Shown here piece by piece: positions 57,101 through 58,681 of a stretch of DNA of 58,681 nucleotides (its first letter is position 1; every line of letters begins with the position of its first letter). The notes beneath the pieces are model-generated. The model worked only from the letters and a program-made list of their open reading frames with translations. It was not told the DNA's origin and made no database searches. This stretch comes from a virus (taxonomy: Duplodnaviria; Caudoviricetes): IMG/VR virus record IMGVR_UViG_3300023174_000189, positions 1 through 58,681 of that record; one strand, given 5' to 3'. The translations under genes and the position numbers were made by a program.

Positions 57101-58281
57101 CCGATAAATTAGATAACATTAAACCAGGTGAATCTCTTGATAAATTTAAATCAGAAGCTGAGAACTTACTTAAAAACAAAGTTGAAACCTTGAAACAAGA
57201 ACTCGTCAATTCTAAAGAATATGCTTCCGATGAAATTGATAAACTGATTGAAGATGCCGAGTTATCAAAAGAAAAAGCACTTAAAGCTTTGAATAGTAAA
57301 TTAGAGGAAGGCTTTGATAAAGTAATAGAATATAAAAAAGACTTGCTCGGAGGATTACAAGTTACATCAGATAGTATTAAAAGAATACATGATTCTATTG
57401 ATTTGAAAGACCCTCAAGCATTTTTAGATAATTTAAAAATGCACAAAGTTGAAATGCTAAATAAAGCTCAAAGTAGTGCTACTTCTTTTCTTAAAGATAA
57501 ATATCAAGGGTTTCTTGAAAATGCTTCTATAGATACTAATGAAGACCCCACAGGAGCGAGTGCTCTCGTGTCTTCAGGTATAGGTGCTACTTTAAATATG
57601 GCAGGTGGTATGGTCATGGGTCTTGTTTCAAGTATGGTCATGTCTAAAGTTATGGAAAAATCTTTCTATAAACAAATTGAAGATAAGCATGGACAAAAAG
57701 AAGTTCTTATTCAAAAAATCCTCTCAGGCTCTATGACACCTGTAAAAATCGATAAAGAATATAGAAAAGAACATGATAAAATCATGAAAGACACAAAGAT
57801 GTCCCCAAGCAAAAGAGAACAAGAACTTTTTAAACTAAGACTAAAATATGAAGATCAAGCTAGACCTGCTATCGCAAGAGCTTTGTATCTCATGGGGCAA
57901 AGAGATGAAGAGGGCGAAAAAATTGAAGGTGCTTCCGAACAAATGAGGGCATTTTTGAAAAGAGCTTTTGATGAAGACTTTAACTCCAACGAAGAATTTA
58001 ACTATGCTAGTTTCTATATAGTCGCTTCCGAAGAAGATGCTGAAATCCCATTTTATATGCAAATTGAACTCGACATTGCTCAAACAGAATATCAAAAAGA
58101 AATGAAAAAACACACTGAGGACTTTTTTAGTGGCAAAAAAAATAAAGAACTATTTGAATACATGACAGGTAAAAAACCTATCCCTAGAAAATACTATGAT
58201 CAAGTTAAAAAAGAACATATAGAAAAAGCACACCAAATTAGTGAAGATTACAAAAAAAAGAAAAACCCTAAAACAAAATAA
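54199..58281 (+). CDS. very large helical probable internal virion/ejection protein
   Basis: 1360 aa, K/E/L-rich; leader LVRLAYENPKYRKELF...KRAD; Gly/Ala/Met-rich hydrophobic segment near C-terminus. Confidence 0.65.
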   Translation: MNIVFKNLVRLAYENPKYRKELFFLLQKKTMLKRADSDVSKIKEDASKGVFSGYTLGVLSEYYSSKGSKFKNPNPSGGKDQIAMSTLVKYYTEAQENPEYNKFLGQTTSEIQRAFNQFYSEFERQQEQKQEEDEDESDDEVVDEDELRKTLKENGISEALAGLKEEQIKEIGSLVDEISDPEKLGVNTEEFYKLAERMMYEVGDDEVWLSCGLKDTPEGLAQMEAYLRDLGFDPKKVFNESGMNDMSFFEQNLGFTAKFSRPVANLIKKQTNSYERTIDLYGNKLFGGAMKMIKAVSGKDLGKFDPDNPDAVTQNEFMQYLSKKFSTKPVNMEEIMKSYHDELKSKFKDDDLFDKVYEQLKKANFSTVQTMMRKDRLEKLDKLKLDKEHKTALDEMIAKGAFKKARKYIEEKKIFSEDLEDFMGKQVALKDTIKKLTQEYYEKEDIGINPEMRRQLGKNTYALMGLVKKGFANEISEQSVDKIKDYIKTKVTSFNSNSIPVDQVQNHLTNLNEYNKEVLNYAKKGAKKATMASLGGIGGKLNDKSADLITNKIQSYLKNSLDKKGIDYLQEKFSPVLKEQLGFDEKQIKEFFSIEKGTIDHSMGMLRKALENKLDVFSKQHEDTILKFMGEQGNKIDEILNKSTELTEELKEQVKDLKPEQLKDFLKERSEEALKKALGTKIDFDGLQELQIKEMLKSNKKILFDLIPDKDELNNITKDLSSELSKELNPLYDKFKAVAVEKTEILKQDIMKEANTIADDVEEKVAEKTKELLDKNYEIADNLVKGDAGEYLNKLLGKTKDIMDDTENKTKMLNSIVVSMKDLASNENLSAEAKEKGLKSLNLVLANTKKELSENMSLLKLKDIPDSIKEKGFGDVDPQKLLEKYNPDISAYQKKILEQVLSAENHLKDVQDKISTIKGLADSIEIPKDLNDVNSLVKNGVGELNSQIETQVKSTLHKVRDEGIKMLSDKLDNIKPGESLDKFKSEAENLLKNKVETLKQELVNSKEYASDEIDKLIEDAELSKEKALKALNSKLEEGFDKVIEYKKDLLGGLQVTSDSIKRIHDSIDLKDPQAFLDNLKMHKVEMLNKAQSSATSFLKDKYQGFLENASIDTNEDPTGASALVSSGIGATLNMAGGMVMGLVSSMVMSKVMEKSFYKQIEDKHGQKEVLIQKILSGSMTPVKIDKEYRKEHDKIMKDTKMSPSKREQELFKLRLKYEDQARPAIARALYLMGQRDEEGEKIEGASEQMRAFLKRAFDEDFNSNEEFNYASFYIVASEEDAEIPFYMQIELDIAQTEYQKEMKKHTEDFFSGKKNKELFEYMTGKKPIPRKYYDQVKKEHIEKAHQISEDYKKKKNPKTK

Positions 58282-58319
58282 CATATAATAAGAAAAGACA
58301 ATCCTGTCCTCAAATTGAA

Positions 58320-58681
58320 ATGAGCTCTACTATGATTAATAAATGGAAAGCTACTGATACAGAAGACCTCGAACTTCTCGATCATGCTATTGCTAATTGG
58401 CATCCCTCTCTTGTTGATATTCGCCAAGAAATTGCTATCGTCTTTAAAGACAAAGCAGGTAAAGTAGGTGGTAAACCTAATCTCGGTAAATGTATCAAAG
58501 CACCAGGTATCTTATCTGTGCTTGGCGATAAAGAATATCAATTCATTCTTGAAATCGGTTATGATCTCTGGCTTGCCTTAGAAGATACTGATAAACTTGC
58601 TCTCATTGACCACTTGCTCTGTCATGTTCAAAGTGAAGAAAATGAACAAAATGGCGAAATGACTTATTCCATGAGAACTCC
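58320..58681 (+). CDS. putative phage metallopeptidase-like protein (partial, runs off right edge)
   Basis: Own translation: ...LGKCIK...YQFILEIGYDLWLAL...ALIDHLLCH; missing from ORF track because it has no stop. Confidence 0.65.
   Translation, partial: MSSTMINKWKATDTEDLELLDHAIANWHPSLVDIRQEIAIVFKDKAGKVGGKPNLGKCIKAPGILSVLGDKEYQFILEIGYDLWLALEDTDKLALIDHLLCHVQSEENEQNGEMTYSMRT

Noticed and set aside
996-58113. Numerous 60-200 aa ORFs overlapping larger genes (e.g. 22240..22776, 38785..39237, 38832..39437, 47822..48010)
   Set aside because: Antisense or alternate-frame shadows favoured by codon bias and skew; no motifs or RBS
1-58681. Genome-wide TAG (or TGA) reassignment
   Set aside because: All recognisable genes are full length in the standard code and several end credibly at TAG; only 48320 hints at local readthrough
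1-58681. tRNA or rRNA genes
   Set aside because: No cloverleaf or T-loop (GTTCRA) context found by eye in intergenic regions; tRNAscan-SE would be needed to exclude them fully

Overview
AT-rich, gene-dense fragment of a large (probably jumbo) tailed dsDNA phage genome, read with the standard code. Left: a tandem array of HExxH metallopeptidase-like paralogs, then a head module with intein-bearing terminase large subunit, portal, HK97/assemblin-type prohead protease, a very long acidic scaffold, decoration protein and a short HK97-fold major capsid protein. These are followed by a free-standing LAGLIDADG endonuclease, two tandem candidate small RNAs and many probable internal head proteins. 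Middle: DNA repair, replication and nucleotide genes (pyrimidine-dimer glycosylase-like, speD, clamp-loader delta'/delta-like, nrdA and nrdB each with an intein, RecD2) and two large GNAT-like paralogs. Right: a type IIG/ISP-like R-M gene, an OmpA/TSP3 outer-membrane protein, thyX and a repeat-rich candidate origin. Best leads: (1) a pervasive [KR]-x-A|S putative protease-cleavage code plus short recurring 'address' peptides that appear to mark a large set of head cargo polyproteins; (2) an orphan copy of one such C-terminal tag sitting in frame just behind the TAG stop of the R-M gene; (3) two promoter-hairpin-terminator sRNA units, one with a loop exactly complementary to the RBSs of two genes in this window; (4) an extreme strand-specific C/G skew beside a candidate origin. 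Family assignments come from motif recognition only; no database searches were run.
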